Below, in pieces: positions 57,139 to 58,565 of a stretch of DNA of 58,565 nucleotides. Numbering within the stretch: position 1 is the first letter of the stretch; every line of letters begins with the position of its first letter. The notes under the pieces were generated by a model. It did not search any database. It was not told where the DNA came from and saw only the letters and a program-made list of their open reading frames with translations. The stretch lies in NCBI GenBank assembly GCA_044225365.1, contig JBGAIQ010000033.1:1-58565 (forward strand), in the 5' to 3' direction. This DNA comes from Planctomycetota bacterium (GTDB taxonomy: Bacteria; Planctomycetota; B15-G4; JADJEK01). A program made the position numbers and the translations under genes.

Positions 57139-58565
57139 ATGGTTCGTCGATTCACATCGCTCAGCGCGTTCTTCGTTCTCGCCACCGTTGCGCGCGCGCA
57201 GGGTCCAGTCGTCTTCCAGCAACTGATTCCCACGCTCCATCCTCCCATCGCGCACGAATTGAGCGACGTCGCACTCGATGGAACGACGCTCCTCCTCGGA
57301 GTACCGACGGCGGATGACCTCGCTGTGGGAAAGGGAGCGGTCTACGTGGTCGAGCGTCAAGCGAGCGGGAAATGGGTCGAGACGTCGCTGCTGACGCCGA
57401 GCAGCGGTCAGGTGATCGATTTCGGTGAGCGCGTTGCAATCGACGGCAACACGGCCGCCGTCGGTGCTCCTTCAGCCGGACAGGGCGCAGGCGTCGTGTG
57501 GATGTTCGAACGGGTCGGCGGCGTGTGGTCGCAGACCGCCGAGATCCACCCGCTCGGTCCCTATGGAGCGAAGAAGGCGGGCATCATCGCGCTCTCCGGC
57601 GACGATCTCATGATCGCTTCGCCACAGCAGTACAACGGATCGAAATTCTGCGGCGGGATCTACTTCTACCATCGCTCCGGAATCGGGTGGGGCTTGGCCC
57701 AGGGTCCGATCTTCCCGAGCGACTATGCGACGGGAGGATCGTTCGCGCTCACCGCCGCCATCGATGGCAACGTCGCGGTGACGTCCGATCGATTCAGTGG
57801 GCGGGCCTACGTGTTCGAGCGATCCGGCCCGGGCGCGGCGTGGGGGCAAGCTCAGGAATTGATCCCGGCCAACGGCTACTCCGACACGTTCGGTATGTCG
57901 GTCGCCGTCTCCGGCGATTGGATTGCGATCGGCGCGTCGACGGATGACCAGAAGGCCCCGGATGCCGGATCCGTGCGGATGTACCACCGAATGGGTCTTC
58001 AATCCTGGATCGAGCAGCCGAAGGTGCTCGCCTCCGACGGCTCGGCGGCGGACGAATTCGGTGCCGAGGTGAAGCTGCGCGGCGATCGACTGGTGGTCGG
58101 CGCGTATCGCGACGCGATCGCGAACAAGACCGACACCGGCTCGGCCTACGTCTTCGAGCGACAGGCGGACGGATCGTGGCTTCAGATCGCGAAGCTCCAA
58201 CATCCGAATCCCGCCACGAACGAGCATGCCGGAGAATACGTCGGGCTGGCGGCGGACGGTGGCATCGCGGTGGCGGCGCCGTCCGAGCCGTCCCCGGATC
58301 TCGGAGCGGTCCTAATGTACGACGCCCAGACTTTGTCCGGCAAAGTGAGTTCGATCTCACTGTCGTCCGGCGGCTCGCAGGTCCTCGACGTCCAGGCGGG
58401 ACTCGCCAACGCCGGCCGCACGTATCTGGTCGCAGGATCGGTGAGCGGAGCCGCGCCCGGCATGCCGCTGCCCGGCGGCTTCACCCTCCCGCTCCACTAC
58501 GACGCGTACACCGCGTTCACCTTGTTCACTCCGAACAACCCCGTGCTGTCGAACTCCCTCGGCAT
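57139..58565 (+). CDS. Secreted FG-GAP-repeat protein, truncated at the window end (absent from the ORF track)
   Basis: GGAGG RBS, MVRRFTSLSAFFVLATVARAQ signal peptide, FGERVAIDG..AVGAP, FGMSVAVSGD..IGA, FGAEV..GDRLVVGAY; no stop before 58565. Confidence 0.85.
   Translation, partial: MVRRFTSLSAFFVLATVARAQGPVVFQQLIPTLHPPIAHELSDVALDGTTLLLGVPTADDLAVGKGAVYVVERQASGKWVETSLLTPSSGQVIDFGERVAIDGNTAAVGAPSAGQGAGVVWMFERVGGVWSQTAEIHPLGPYGAKKAGIIALSGDDLMIASPQQYNGSKFCGGIYFYHRSGIGWGLAQGPIFPSDYATGGSFALTAAIDGNVAVTSDRFSGRAYVFERSGPGAAWGQAQELIPANGYSDTFGMSVAVSGDWIAIGASTDDQKAPDAGSVRMYHRMGLQSWIEQPKVLASDGSAADEFGAEVKLRGDRLVVGAYRDAIANKTDTGSAYVFERQADGSWLQIAKLQHPNPATNEHAGEYVGLAADGGIAVAAPSEPSPDLGAVLMYDAQTLSGKVSSISLSSGGSQVLDVQAGLANAGRTYLVAGSVSGAAPGMPLPGGFTLPLHYDAYTAFTLFTPNNPVLSNSLG

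Overview
High-GC bacterial chromosomal window. The protein families (FG-GAP/SBBP secreted proteins with lineage-type C-terminal domains, carboxypeptidase-regulatory/PDZ proteins, a prenyltransferase-type barrel) suggest Planctomycetota; this is inference only. It opens with a complete IS481-family element (1-1847) that has an unusually long, structured non-coding 3' half. Next come a glgA-histidine kinase-response regulator-glgC operon, an MCP, an orphan secretin followed by two paralogous membrane-anchored PDZ proteins, and several secreted proteases and beta-propeller proteins. Further on are an sxtJ/sxtI/SGNH::sxtK-like carbamoyltransferase cluster, an Asp-type (fosfomycin-insensitive-type) murA, a small island of decaying cassette-like genes flanked by REP-like hairpins, a four-domain mosaic secreted protein, and an aceB-aceA glyoxylate-shunt operon divergent from a RamB/PrpR-like regulator. 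The most unusual non-coding signal is two tandem arrays (7 and 9 copies) of the same 34-35 bp hairpin unit. Each lies directly after a ...TTC-TGA gene end with a near-identical 19-bp flank. A second, dispersed REP-like hairpin family shows compensatory base changes. No CRISPR, tRNA or rRNA was seen. All calls come from motif reading by eye; no database searches were run.
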